Positions 9,754 through 19,604 are shown, counted from the first letter of the stretch. The stretch: 64,000 nt of DNA from Candidatus Latescibacterota bacterium (GCA_965219385.1 CBDCNM010000002.1:2412936-2476935), one strand, 5' to 3'. The notes: generated by a model from the letters alone, not told the origin. Translations and numbers: made by a program.

Positions 9754-10863
9754 ATGAACTATCGAGATGAAAGAGCCCACGACGAACTCCTGATCCGGCT
9801 TGTAAACGAGCTAAATGAATATAGGCAACTACATCTGGTCGCGGAGGCATTTGATATAGAAGGCGGCCTAGGAAAACTCGAATGTGCCAAACACCGCAGA
9901 CCTTTTGACGTAGAACTCACATTTTCCAATTTGTCCATCGTCATAGAAACCAAAGTCGATTCAGATGAAAGCGGAAGATGGGGGAACACAAAATGGCAAA
10001 CAGCTACTATCGAAGAAATTTCGAGCTCACTCAACTACCTAAAAGAAAACAAAAAATTCCTATTCATCACATACGGAACTTCCGAATTCTACACTAAACC
10101 AGACAAGGAATGTCCCGTTACACCATATAGGACAGGCCCCTTCTCCTCACAATTCAAGCACATCCGCTTGGACCGTATGATAAATCTTGTCCATTCTGCA
10201 GAAAAAGTCCTTCCCCCATGTGAAAAACGTCGAGAGTGGCTGCGACTGATGGGTGTTGAGAAGAGAAAACGGAGCAAATCAATTGAATTATTACAATCTT
10301 TTTCGAACTTTAGAACTCGATATCTCGACCTTCATGAGGAGGACGAGAATGATTTTCCACATAATCGTTTAGTATTTTGCGCCCCTGAACTTGCTTTTCC
10401 AGCACTTGACTCACTAGCTCAGCAATGGAACGGATCAAAGTATGCGGATAAGTTCGGTAAAGTTGCACTCTATCCTGTACCCAGAATGTCCCCTCCTGTT
10501 CATGACTCAATTTTGAATTTTTGGGAAATGTGGCAAAGTGGGAAACCTGCTTTAGGTACGACCATCGATAAAAGCAGGGAATCAAATTTTTATTTCGAGA
10601 TAAACGAAGATTTCAATCTCAATCTCAAACTTGAAGTTGAAGAAGGAAACGATTTGGATTGCAACGCCAGAAATGAAGTATGGAGTCGATTGGAGAACGC
10701 CAATTGGCCTTGTTTTGTTAAGGGGCGTCGTCGCGACTATAGGCAGGCAGTCCTTGTACTGTACGAAATTGATTTTAATCTGTTAAATGAGTTGAACAAC
10801 CTCCCGCAAGCGATGAGCAATTTAGCTGCTACATTGGATATCGCCGTTAAAGCACTACCATAG
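9754..10863 (+). CDS. PD-(D/E)XK nuclease-like protein, low GC
   Basis: 369 aa ORF with N-terminal PFDVELTFSNLSIVIETKVDSDE; visibly AT-richer than its flanks. Confidence 0.6.
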   Translation: MNYRDERAHDELLIRLVNELNEYRQLHLVAEAFDIEGGLGKLECAKHRRPFDVELTFSNLSIVIETKVDSDESGRWGNTKWQTATIEEISSSLNYLKENKKFLFITYGTSEFYTKPDKECPVTPYRTGPFSSQFKHIRLDRMINLVHSAEKVLPPCEKRREWLRLMGVEKRKRSKSIELLQSFSNFRTRYLDLHEEDENDFPHNRLVFCAPELAFPALDSLAQQWNGSKYADKFGKVALYPVPRMSPPVHDSILNFWEMWQSGKPALGTTIDKSRESNFYFEINEDFNLNLKLEVEEGNDLDCNARNEVWSRLENANWPCFVKGRRRDYRQAVLVLYEIDFNLLNELNNLPQAMSNLAATLDIAVKALP

Positions 10864-11088
10864 GGATTCTTTGCAGTATGGGTAAGGGTATCGGCCCCCT
10901 TGGTGGATGGCGGACGCGCCCAGAAGCGGTTCGGGGATCGGTAATCTAACCGAAAACCAAACAGCAATTTCTCAACATGTGAACACAACCGTAGGAGACT
11001 GAGCGGTTACCCGGCTGTTTGTTCGCTCTTAACTTCGACCTTCATATTTCCCTCTCCTGCTTGATCCCGCTCTTTCGGTGGACACCGG

Positions 11089-11553
11089 TTACTCGGGCCG
11101 CAAGAGCGCTATGAATTGCTCGAAGTCCCGGGCAACATCGCGCTGGATTCGCCCGGCTTTGGCAGCCAGATCCGCCACCTTGCCGGGATCCAGATCCGCT
11201 GCGTAGGCGTGGCGAAACAGATGGCGGAATCGCCGCAACTCATCCAGGCCGGAAGCGGTCTCCGCGGACAGGAGCGCCGGGCGGATGCCTTGGATTTCCA
11301 GCTGCATTCGCCTGAGCAGGTCCGCGTGATACCTAACTTCGTCGACGCGGCTTTCAAAGAACCGCGCTATCTCCTCGAACAGCTGCTCGAATGCGCCGTA
11401 GAGGTTGTGGAGCTGGTATCCCATGCTGTCCACCCCTTCGGCGCTATGGGCAAAAGTCCCCAGGCGTTCCTCAATGCGCTCGCCGATGTGGCCGATGTCC
11501 CGGAAGCAGGCTCGTAGTTCCGCGTCCAGGACCGAGAAGGTCCCTTTATCCAT
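11089..11553 (-). CDS. HEPN ribonuclease toxin (HepT-like)
   Basis: LHNLYGAFEQ and RRFRHLFRHAY (Rx4-6H) motifs; overlaps the MNT gene. Confidence 0.85.
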   Translation of the reverse strand: MDKGTFSVLDAELRACFRDIGHIGERIEERLGTFAHSAEGVDSMGYQLHNLYGAFEQLFEEIARFFESRVDEVRYHADLLRRMQLEIQGIRPALLSAETASGLDELRRFRHLFRHAYAADLDPGKVADLAAKAGRIQRDVARDFEQFIALLRPE

Positions 11554-11884
11554 ACACCTTGACTCCGGACCGGACAAAAGATTCGGCCGAAGGGTGCCGG
11601 TCGAGGTCGATTACGTCCACCGCTCTGCCGGTAGCGTCCTCCAGCGCTTTCATTATATCGAGCACAATGGGTGAGCAGCCTCCCACGGCCACGTCAATGT
11701 CGGACGACTCCCGCCAGGAATCGGGTGAACGCAGCGACCCCATTATGTACGCGGCCTCGATTCCGAGTGGCTCCCGCAGTTCCAACAGGGTGCGGCGCAC
11801 ACAGTCGAGCAACTCGGCTTGCTCTGCCGCCAGCCGCTGTCGTCGCTCTCTTATGGCCTTGTCGAGGATGCTGGTGTCGAACAT
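11546..11884 (-). CDS. MNT nucleotidyltransferase antitoxin (MntA-like)
   Basis: YIMGSL...SDIDVAV and VDVIDL motifs, 112 aa. Confidence 0.85.
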   Translation of the reverse strand: MFDTSILDKAIRERRQRLAAEQAELLDCVRRTLLELREPLGIEAAYIMGSLRSPDSWRESSDIDVAVGGCSPIVLDIMKALEDATGRAVDVIDLDRHPSAESFVRSGVKVYG

Positions 11885-12139
11885 ACCCGTACTCGGGAAA
11901 TCAGCGGTTCCACCACCTGGAATAGAAGGCTAGGAAGGCTAAGGTTTATCGTGAGTTGAGGCAAGGAATCTACGTCGATTGATCCTGGCTTTAGGGGGCA
12001 CCGAAAACCGCTAGGTTCGCTGGAAACACAGAAGCGAGGCTGTGCCGCAGGCGCGGTCTGTAAAGGGACGGCCTGCTATCCCATCCGCAACTCCCGATCT
12101 GCCAGAGGCAAATCCACCCGCCCATTGCCCCGCCGATGC

Positions 12140-12278
12140 TCCCTCTCTTCGCGCCTAATGGACGAACCGATCGCGGTCCTCATCGGGGATCACGAGCTGA
12201 ACTCTGGCCATTGCAAAGTCTTCCTTCACGATGTGTATGGATATTACACACCTTTCCATCAGCAGTCAACTCAGTGCT
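12140..12278. repeat. Second, truncated copy of the vapB 5' end and upstream region
   Basis: Matches about 8124-8274. Encodes MARVQLVIPDEDRDRFVH* (CAG to TAG) and overlaps the end of the ABC gene. Confidence 0.9.
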
Positions 12279-14053
12279 TGCCCCTCGCCGTACCACTGCG
12301 CCTGCAAATCCCATAAGCGGGCGTATTCTCCCCCTTGAGACAGCAGTTCACCGTGCGTCCCGTTTTCGAGCAGGCGGCCCTCTTTTAGCACCAAGATCCG
12401 GTCGCACAGACGGGCGGAGCCCAAGCGGTGGGAGACCACGATGGTGGTCCGCTCGCCGGACATGGCGAGGAAGCGCCGGAATACGTCGGCCTCGGCCTGG
12501 GGATCGAGTGAGGCGGTCGGTTCGTCGAGCACGATCAGGGCGGCGTTGCGCATGAATCCCCTCGAGATGGCGACGCGCTGCCACTCGCCGCCGGACAGTT
12601 CGGTGCCGCCGGCAAATTCCTTGGTGAGGAGGGTGTGGTAGCGCTCCGGCAATTGCTCGGCGATGGGAGCGGCTCCGCCTTGGTGGGCGGCGCGCTCGAC
12701 GGCCGCTTGATCGCCCATCCGCTCGGTGCGTCCCAAGCCGATGTTTTCGCCCAGAGAAAAGGCGAAGCGGGTGTAGTCTTGAAATACTGCGGCTGATTGA
12801 TCCCACAGGCCGTTCCGATCTACCCGGTTCAGATCGACATCGCCGTAGAGCACCGTCCCCTGCGTGGGGTGGAACAAGCCCAACAGCACCTTGACCAGCG
12901 TAGTCTTGCCCGAGCCATTGGCACCGACGAGGGCCACGCGCTCGCCGGGCTGGATGGTGAATGAGATGTCGTTGATTGCCGGGCGTTCCGCCTGTGGATA
13001 GCGGAAGGATAGACCGTCGGCCGCAATCGGGCGCTCGCCGACGCGGTCGATTGGATCGCCTTCCTTCGGTTCTTCCGGTCCCAAGTCGAGGTAGGTGAAG
13101 AGATCGGCGATGTACAGGAGGCGATTGGCGAGATAACCGGAGCGAAAGAAGACCCGGTCAACGTGCGTCCTGACTTCTTGCAGTGCCACCATCATGGCGG
13201 CAAACTGTCCGGGGGAGAGACCGCCGTTGGCCACGGCCCAAGCCGACCAGCCGATGCCGGCGGCTAGACCGGTCAGGCTGAAAGCCGCTAGCAAGGCGTT
13301 GACCAGAGCCTGCGAGCGTTTCTGCTGAAAGAGCCGGTCGGCTACCTGCCAGTAGAGATGCTCCCACCAACCGAGCAGGGTCGCTCCAAGGTTGAAGACG
13401 CGCACCTCCTTGGCGGCGGCGCGCTCGGTGAGAATGCGCTCCAAGTAGGCCCGCAGACGCTCGCGCTGGGTCTGCTCACGCTTGAGGAGAAAGGTGGTCC
13501 TCCCTTGGAGCATCTGCGCCAGCGGCGGCGGCACCGAGACCAAGGCGATGGCGATCAGGAGCAGCGGATCCCACAGCCCGACGACCAAGGCGACGGAGAA
13601 GGCCGTCAGCGTTCCGGTGATTATCGTGTGGATCTCGCCGATGAGGTTGAGAAAGAAGCCGGGCGTGGCCGCCTCCTGTGCCCGGCGCAGCACGTCGTGG
13701 AAATCGGCGCGCTCAAAGGTCTCGAGCCGCAGGACGCTTGCTTTGCGCTGAAGTTGGGCGAGTAGCCGGTCCTCCATCTCTTGTTTTAGCCGTTCGATGA
13801 GAAGGGTGCGAGCCCAGATGAGGATACCCATCTGGGCTAGGGTCAGTACGGCCCACAGAGCGATCCATACCAGCATGTCCTCCACGGGCAGGTGGCCCTC
13901 GTACACCGCGAGGCTGCGATCGAAGAGTGCCCGCACGACCCACACTGACGCGGCCGGCAGCAGACCGATGGCGAACTGGAGCACCAATAAGACGATGGAG
14001 TGGCGGGGGTCCGTCTGGATCATCCACCATAGAAAGCGCAGGAGTGTGCGCAT
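12266..14053 (-). CDS. ABC exporter, fused TMD-NBD (subunit 2)
   Basis: GANGSGKT, LSGGEWQR, LDEPT and SHRL motifs with N-terminal TM helices; start uncertain (14053 or 14071). Confidence 0.9.
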   Translation of the reverse strand: MRTLLRFLWWMIQTDPRHSIVLLVLQFAIGLLPAASVWVVRALFDRSLAVYEGHLPVEDMLVWIALWAVLTLAQMGILIWARTLLIERLKQEMEDRLLAQLQRKASVLRLETFERADFHDVLRRAQEAATPGFFLNLIGEIHTIITGTLTAFSVALVVGLWDPLLLIAIALVSVPPPLAQMLQGRTTFLLKREQTQRERLRAYLERILTERAAAKEVRVFNLGATLLGWWEHLYWQVADRLFQQKRSQALVNALLAAFSLTGLAAGIGWSAWAVANGGLSPGQFAAMMVALQEVRTHVDRVFFRSGYLANRLLYIADLFTYLDLGPEEPKEGDPIDRVGERPIAADGLSFRYPQAERPAINDISFTIQPGERVALVGANGSGKTTLVKVLLGLFHPTQGTVLYGDVDLNRVDRNGLWDQSAAVFQDYTRFAFSLGENIGLGRTERMGDQAAVERAAHQGGAAPIAEQLPERYHTLLTKEFAGGTELSGGEWQRVAISRGFMRNAALIVLDEPTASLDPQAEADVFRRFLAMSGERTTIVVSHRLGSARLCDRILVLKEGRLLENGTHGELLSQGGEYARLWDLQAQWYGEGQALS

Positions 14054-14091
14054 GGTAGGCGGGCGGGCCACCGTTGTATCCTGCTGTAGGG

Positions 14092-16053
14092 CTACCGGTA
14101 CCACGAGGCTTGTTCTTCCCACATGGCAGCATAGACGCCGCCCTTTGCCACTAGGTCGTCGTGGTGTCCTTGCTCGATGATGCGCCCGTCTTTGAGGACG
14201 AGAATGCGGTCGGCCATGCGGGCCGAGCCCAGCCGATGGCTAATCAACAGCGCGGTGCGGCCGGCGAGCAGTTCGCCGAACTGCCGGTACACTTCGGCCT
14301 CGGCCATGGGGTCCAGCGCTGCGGTCGGCTCGTCGAGGATCAGCAACTCGGGCCGGCGGATAAATGCGCGGGCAATGGCGAGGCGTTGCCACTCGCCCCC
14401 GGAAAGCCCTTGCCCGCCGTCGAGGACGTGTCCCACCGGGGTGTCGTAGCCGTGGGGCAGGCGCGCGGCGATGGCATCGACTCCGGCTCGCCGCGCCGCG
14501 TCTTCTATCAATGCTGGATCGGGTGGCAGCCACGCCGGCCACAAGTCGGCTTCCTGGTCGCTACCGCCGCTGCCGAGGGCGCCGATTCCGATTGACTGGG
14601 AGGCGGTGAGTTCAAAGTTGAAGAAGTCCTGAAACGCGGCGCTGACCGCGCCCGCCAAGCTCGTCCGGTCGATCTCGTCGTAGCAGACGCCGTCCACCGC
14701 GATCTCGCCCGCTGTTGGTTGATACAGGCCCAACAGGAGCTTGGCGAGGGTCGATTTTCCCGCGCCGTTCTCGCCGACGAGGGCCACCCGTTCCCCTGGC
14801 TCAAGGTGCAGGCTTACGCCCCGCAGGACGGGACGGGAATTCTCGGCCTCGGCGGCATCCGCTGCCGGATAGGCGAACCAGACGTCTTCGACGGCAAATC
14901 CCTCGCGCAGCGGTTTGGGGAAGGGCCGGTTGTGGGTTGGGCCGTGGGTGGCCGGTGGTCGTTGCATCCAAGCGCCGTCGTCCTCGGACAGGTCGAGAAA
15001 CTCGCGCACATAGCCGACCTGAATGGTCAGCTCCTGAAGTTCCCTCGCGTTGAAGCTGAGGCTAGAACCAGCACCCAGCATGTCGTCCACTCCCCGGAAC
15101 AGGGCGACAAAGCGGCCGGGTGTGAGGAGCCGGTCGCCGAGAAAATAGGCCAGAGCAACGGCGACGCCGGCCGAGATGCCGATGCGCAAGCCGGCGCCGG
15201 GAAGATCCCCTCGGACCTGTTGCCGCTTTTGTCCCCAGAGTTGCCCGCGCAATGCCCGGCGCATGGCCCGCCACCGCTGGCTCATCGTCTGGTGAAGAGC
15301 AAAGAGACGCATCTCTTTCTGTTCGCCCCGTCCGGTGAGGACTCGATTGACGTAGTCGGCCCGGCGCATTTCCTCGGTCTGGCCGTAGGTGAAGCTCATA
15401 AACCGTCGGCTTTGTTCAATCGTCAGCCGGATCTGCGGTACCAGTACAGTCAGCAGAGCCAGCGAGATCCACAGAGAGACCGGGGCGAACATGGCCGCGA
15501 TGGAGAGGACTTTGATGCCGGCCTGGAATACGTGCATGGCCGAGAAGAAGAACCGACTGACGGTGCCCCCCGGATTCTTGGCGCGTTCCAGCCGATCATA
15601 AAACGCGCTCACCTCAAAGAAGACGAGCGGCAGCCTCGACGCCTTGGCCAGAAAGCGACGGCTGAGCGCGTGTTCAAGGTTCTGTTCGAGCCGCAGGTAG
15701 AGCAGGTCTCGTACCTTCCACTGCACATCGCTTGTGAGCAGGAGTACGAGCCCGAATGCTATAAGCCACGGCAGGGTCTGTTCAAAGCCAGCGCCTCCCG
15801 CGCCGGCGGAGGCGACGACGGTGTCGATGAGGTGCTGGGTAATGTAGATGAGTAGCGCGGGCTGGAGGCCCATGAGTATTTGCACGGCGACGATGCCCAA
15901 GGCTGGCCCTCGGCCGTGCGCCCAGACGTGGGCGAGGGTCCAGCGCAGGTTGGTCCATATGGCCGCCGCGCCCGTGCGCCGGTTCCAGAACTCGAGGTCG
16001 CTTCTCGGCACAACATTTCTCCCTGGCCGATCTTCCGTCAGTCTTCTAGCCAC
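14092..16053 (-). CDS. ABC exporter, fused TMD-NBD (subunit 1)
   Basis: GENGAGKS, LSGGEWQR, LDEPT and SHRL motifs; paralog of the downstream gene, probably a heterodimer. Confidence 0.9.
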   Translation of the reverse strand: MARRLTEDRPGRNVVPRSDLEFWNRRTGAAAIWTNLRWTLAHVWAHGRGPALGIVAVQILMGLQPALLIYITQHLIDTVVASAGAGGAGFEQTLPWLIAFGLVLLLTSDVQWKVRDLLYLRLEQNLEHALSRRFLAKASRLPLVFFEVSAFYDRLERAKNPGGTVSRFFFSAMHVFQAGIKVLSIAAMFAPVSLWISLALLTVLVPQIRLTIEQSRRFMSFTYGQTEEMRRADYVNRVLTGRGEQKEMRLFALHQTMSQRWRAMRRALRGQLWGQKRQQVRGDLPGAGLRIGISAGVAVALAYFLGDRLLTPGRFVALFRGVDDMLGAGSSLSFNARELQELTIQVGYVREFLDLSEDDGAWMQRPPATHGPTHNRPFPKPLREGFAVEDVWFAYPAADAAEAENSRPVLRGVSLHLEPGERVALVGENGAGKSTLAKLLLGLYQPTAGEIAVDGVCYDEIDRTSLAGAVSAAFQDFFNFELTASQSIGIGALGSGGSDQEADLWPAWLPPDPALIEDAARRAGVDAIAARLPHGYDTPVGHVLDGGQGLSGGEWQRLAIARAFIRRPELLILDEPTAALDPMAEAEVYRQFGELLAGRTALLISHRLGSARMADRILVLKDGRIIEQGHHDDLVAKGGVYAAMWEEQASWYR

Positions 16054-16158
16054 GCCTTAATCTCAGCCTTGGTCCGTGCCCACGTTGATGCCAACCCATT
16101 CACTGAACGACCACTGGCTTCAAGCCGATGGGTTCGTTGTTCGGCTGAAGCCGACTAA

Positions 16159-17063
16159 GAGGCCCTAACAAAACTCTTTGAGGTACTTCCAACAGATGAG
16201 AATACATCCGATGTCGAGAAAGGCTTCATGGAGATCACCTCGTCGCTCCCAGCGGACTCGAAGCCGACGGAATTGGTGCAACCATGCCAACGTTCGTTCC
16301 ACCACCCACCGATAGACGCCCAAGCCGCTGCCGTGGGCTTGCCCTCGCCGAGCCAACACCGAGCCGATGCCCCGCTTACGCAAGGCGCGCCGATGGGCTT
16401 GCGAATCATAGGCCCGATCCCCTTGCACCCGATCCGGCCGACGACGCGGGCGGCCGACCCGACCGGCCACCGGGGGTATGCGATCCACCAACGGCAACAG
16501 CTGCGTCACATCATGCCGATGGGCCCCCGTCACCCCCGCCGCCAACGGCACCCCTTGGGCATCGGTGATTACATGGTGTTTGCTACCGGGTTTGCCGCGG
16601 TCCGTCGGATTGGGACCGGTGTGCGCCCCCCCCCAACCGCCCGCACCGAGGCACTATCGACCACCGCACGAGACCAATCAATCCGGTCGGCGGCCCTCAG
16701 TCGGTTCAACAGGATATGATGGACTCTTTTCCAGACCCCGGCTTGTTGCCAAGCGTGCAGGCGACGCCAACAGGTCATCCCCGAACCGCACCCCATCTCT
16801 TGAGGCAAATACTCCCAAGGGATACCCGTCTTGAGCACAAAGAGAATGCCGGTCAGCACCCTACGGTTATCCAGCCGAGGCCGCCCCCCTTGGGGGCCAA
16901 CGGTTACGGGGGGCAAAACCGGTTCAATCAAGGCCCATAACCCATCGTCGAGTAACGGCTTGGCCATCAAAAACACCTCCATATCAAGACGGTAGAAGCA
17001 ATACCGAAGAGGATAAGAATATAATGAAGCCTATACGCGATTCCAAGGTTTTGTTAGAGACTC
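16159..17063 (-). mobile_element. IS5 family insertion sequence, IS1031-like, 905 bp
   Basis: 16-bp IRs GAGGCCCTAACAAAAC / GAGTCTCTAACAAAAC (14/16) flanked by a TAA target duplication (16156-16158, 17064-17066). Confidence 0.92.
16165..16967 (-). CDS. IS5 transposase, two frames joined by a -1 shift at a G9 run
   Basis: OrfA (GILFVLKTGIPW, VVDSASVRA) shifts at G9 (C9 on + strand, 16626-16634) into GPNPTDRGKPGSKHH...GDRAYD...RWVVERT. Confidence 0.9.
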
Positions 17064-17260
17064 TAAAGGAAATGCGGAGTCAGATTGTTTCACATAGCTC
17101 ATGGCCTGCGGCCATTTCGCCGCTACTACTTCGCCTGAAGGCAAGGAGTTTCCACCATCCCCGAGCGAGACACTAAAGTCTCTTCGGGTGCAGGCGGTAT
17201 CTAAAATTACCTCTTCTTTCCTCCGTCTCCTAAAGGCGACAGCTCTCAAAAGGCAAAATC

Positions 17261-18382
17261 TTATGAATGCCAGAATAAGCGCACGCCGAATGAGTGCAGG
17301 TAGGTCTTGTGGTTAAAGATAGACTGATTCACGGGAATAGCGGCATAGTCGAAAGTGAGCTTTTGAGGGAGTAGCCGTCCTCCACTTCTCGTTGAAAATC
17401 TGTTTGGCAAAGTGACTCCCACTCCATGCCGCATGGATAATCGTTTTCGATCTCCGTAGCTACTCCATCGGGGAAAAAAGATACCACCCATGCGCAACGA
17501 CAGTAGTTCGTATAGAGTGACTTCAAAGCCGACTCCGCCGAAATCCCTTCCAATTCCCTCATAATAGGTACCGTACCTGACTTTGGGCTCCTGATCTTCG
17601 GATCGATTCAGGAACCTCCGGTATTCCCCACTGAAAGCAAACTTGAATGGTGTCCAGCCGGCCAAAGGGTGATAATCGAATTCATACTTGAATCCCATTC
17701 GAAGATATAAAGGCAATGTCCAACTCTGCTCACGCACGTCGTGAGAGGTGGCCAGATTCTGTATTGCAACACCCAAAGTGAGGGTATCGCCGGCATCGTT
17801 CTCCCTTATAGGCCCGGATATGTAATACACTACACCAAAGTCAGCCCCCATTATGTATTTCGCTTTAAAACCAGGGCTGGAATCTACTTCCAGAAACTTG
17901 TTGAAGGCCTTAACGGTGGAGCCAATTCCTACCCTGCCATATTGTTTTCCGTACGTGAGCGAGAACGTCTGGTCATAGGATAGGCTAACCCCGTTTTCAG
18001 ACTCTATCCTTCCATATTCTGACCTGTTAAAGGTGACAGCAATGTGTCCAAAATCGAAAGGTATAAGGCAACCGAGAGATCGAGAAAACAGATTTTCGAT
18101 CTCCAGCTCATCAGAGACTCTATCATCCCAAAGATTGTAGGGCCTGTGGTTGAAAAGGAACTGAGACTCTGAAACATGGGCAAGATTGGCCGGATTCGAG
18201 CCAAGAGCAGCCAGGTTTCCCTTATCGGCAACGCCCGATTCGCCCAATGCGATACTTCGAGGATCCGTCACCACTTCAAAGGACATGAGTCCCGGATCGT
18301 ATACGGAATCCGCCGAATGGCCGTGTGAATAGCCGCCGAAAGCCAGCGTACAGATTATTACCACGTATCGCCGAATTCCCAT
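17261..18382 (-). CDS. PorV/PorQ-like (FadL-type) outer-membrane protein
   Basis: Signal peptide, DPRSIALGE and NPANLA motifs, LPLYLRMG, beta-strand pattern. Confidence 0.7.
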   Translation of the reverse strand: MGIRRYVVIICTLAFGGYSHGHSADSVYDPGLMSFEVVTDPRSIALGESGVADKGNLAALGSNPANLAHVSESQFLFNHRPYNLWDDRVSDELEIENLFSRSLGCLIPFDFGHIAVTFNRSEYGRIESENGVSLSYDQTFSLTYGKQYGRVGIGSTVKAFNKFLEVDSSPGFKAKYIMGADFGVVYYISGPIRENDAGDTLTLGVAIQNLATSHDVREQSWTLPLYLRMGFKYEFDYHPLAGWTPFKFAFSGEYRRFLNRSEDQEPKVRYGTYYEGIGRDFGGVGFEVTLYELLSLRMGGIFFPRWSSYGDRKRLSMRHGVGVTLPNRFSTRSGGRLLPQKLTFDYAAIPVNQSIFNHKTYLHSFGVRLFWHS

Positions 18383-18452
18383 TTTGGCTCCTATATTGCT
18401 GTCGTGATTCGGTTTCTGCCGGACGGTGCCGAATGGATATCGAAGCCGCTTA

Positions 18453-19604
18453 TCAGTAAAGTAGCCGGATGCCGAATGAATGCAGGTATTTCCGTGTATC
18501 CCAATTGGATTGTTGCAGGACAATCGGGGCGTAGTTGAGAGAAATCCTCGGAGGTAACACCCATATTTGATGCTTGGCCAGAGGTCCACCCAAATCGATT
18601 CCCACTCCATAGCGCATGGCCAGCCGATTCGCGTCCCCGAAGAAGTTCCACTGAGAAAAGAAGACGCCCCCCATGCGTAATGAAAGTAATTCATATAACA
18701 TCACTTCAAAGCCAAGTCCTCCGTAGTTTTTCCCAACGGGCCTACCGTAGTACGCTGTCGCAGCCCATTCCAATCCGATGGTCTCCAGATCTTTTGCTCT
18801 GTTCAGATACCTCCTGTATTCACCCGTGAGCACAAATTTGAACGGAGTCTGATTGCCCGAAGAATGATATTTGAAATCGTACTTGAATCCTGTGCGAAGG
18901 TATAGAGGCAACGCAACCTCCTGCTCCTCCACATCGTCGTCGTAATCGCCTTCTTCATTGACATAAGCCTCTTCCGTTTCATGCGCTGGAAATAGATTCT
19001 GTATGGCGGCGCCAACAAAGAGATTGTCGTCTACGGCTGCATTGTCTGTAATTCCCGAAAAATGATACATCACCCCGAAATCCAAACCTGGGACATAACT
19101 CGCTTTAATGTGACGTCCGGGGTTATCCTTACTGGACCTGTTGAATAGTTTAATGGTCGTGCCTGCTCCGATGTTTTTATGAGTCGTACCGTATGTTAGA
19201 GAAATTGTCTGGTTGTAGTCGTGCTCATCGATGTTTTTTTCGGCCACATTTTTCCTAAATGTAATCGCAGCGCCGCCGAACTGGAAAGCAGAAGCATAGC
19301 CCAGAGACCATGCGTAGGCTTGAGGATAATAGCCTTCCGTATAGTCATCCTCCCAGAGATTATAGGATCTGTAGTTGTAAAAAGCCTCTGGCCCTGACAT
19401 GTAAGCTACATTAGCGGGATTCGAGCCGAGAGCCGTCGGATTTCCCGCGTCGGCAATGGTTGCCTCACCCAACGCTATACTTCGCGGATCTGTAACGATG
19501 TCCAAGGAACTACCGGGGCCGTACCCCTTGTCCGAATAAACCTGTGAAAAGCCTGCTAACGTCATCGTACTCGCGGCAATCAGGCTGTGCATTAACAAGT
19601 TCAT
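18453..19604 (-). CDS. PorV/PorQ-like outer-membrane protein (tandem paralog)
   Basis: DPRSIALGEA, NPANVA, LPLYLRTG and C-terminal HSFGIRLLY; start could also be 19622. Confidence 0.7.
   Translation of the reverse strand: MNLLMHSLIAASTMTLAGFSQVYSDKGYGPGSSLDIVTDPRSIALGEATIADAGNPTALGSNPANVAYMSGPEAFYNYRSYNLWEDDYTEGYYPQAYAWSLGYASAFQFGGAAITFRKNVAEKNIDEHDYNQTISLTYGTTHKNIGAGTTIKLFNRSSKDNPGRHIKASYVPGLDFGVMYHFSGITDNAAVDDNLFVGAAIQNLFPAHETEEAYVNEEGDYDDDVEEQEVALPLYLRTGFKYDFKYHSSGNQTPFKFVLTGEYRRYLNRAKDLETIGLEWAATAYYGRPVGKNYGGLGFEVMLYELLSLRMGGVFFSQWNFFGDANRLAMRYGVGIDLGGPLAKHQIWVLPPRISLNYAPIVLQQSNWDTRKYLHSFGIRLLY

Larger units (their letters stand above)
16102..17176. mobile_element. Non-autonomous IS200/IS605-like miniature element (about 167 bp) split by IS5
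   Basis: Subterminal hairpins CCACTGGCTTCAAGCCGATGG, TCGGC-TGAA-GCCGA and GCCTGAAGGC...CCATCCCCGAGCGAGACACTAA resemble IS200/605 ends; no tnpA. Confidence 0.45.

Noticed and set aside
18383..18694. Long 5' extension of the first PorV-like ORF
   Set aside because: Overlaps the upstream paralog; the signal peptide starts at 18382.
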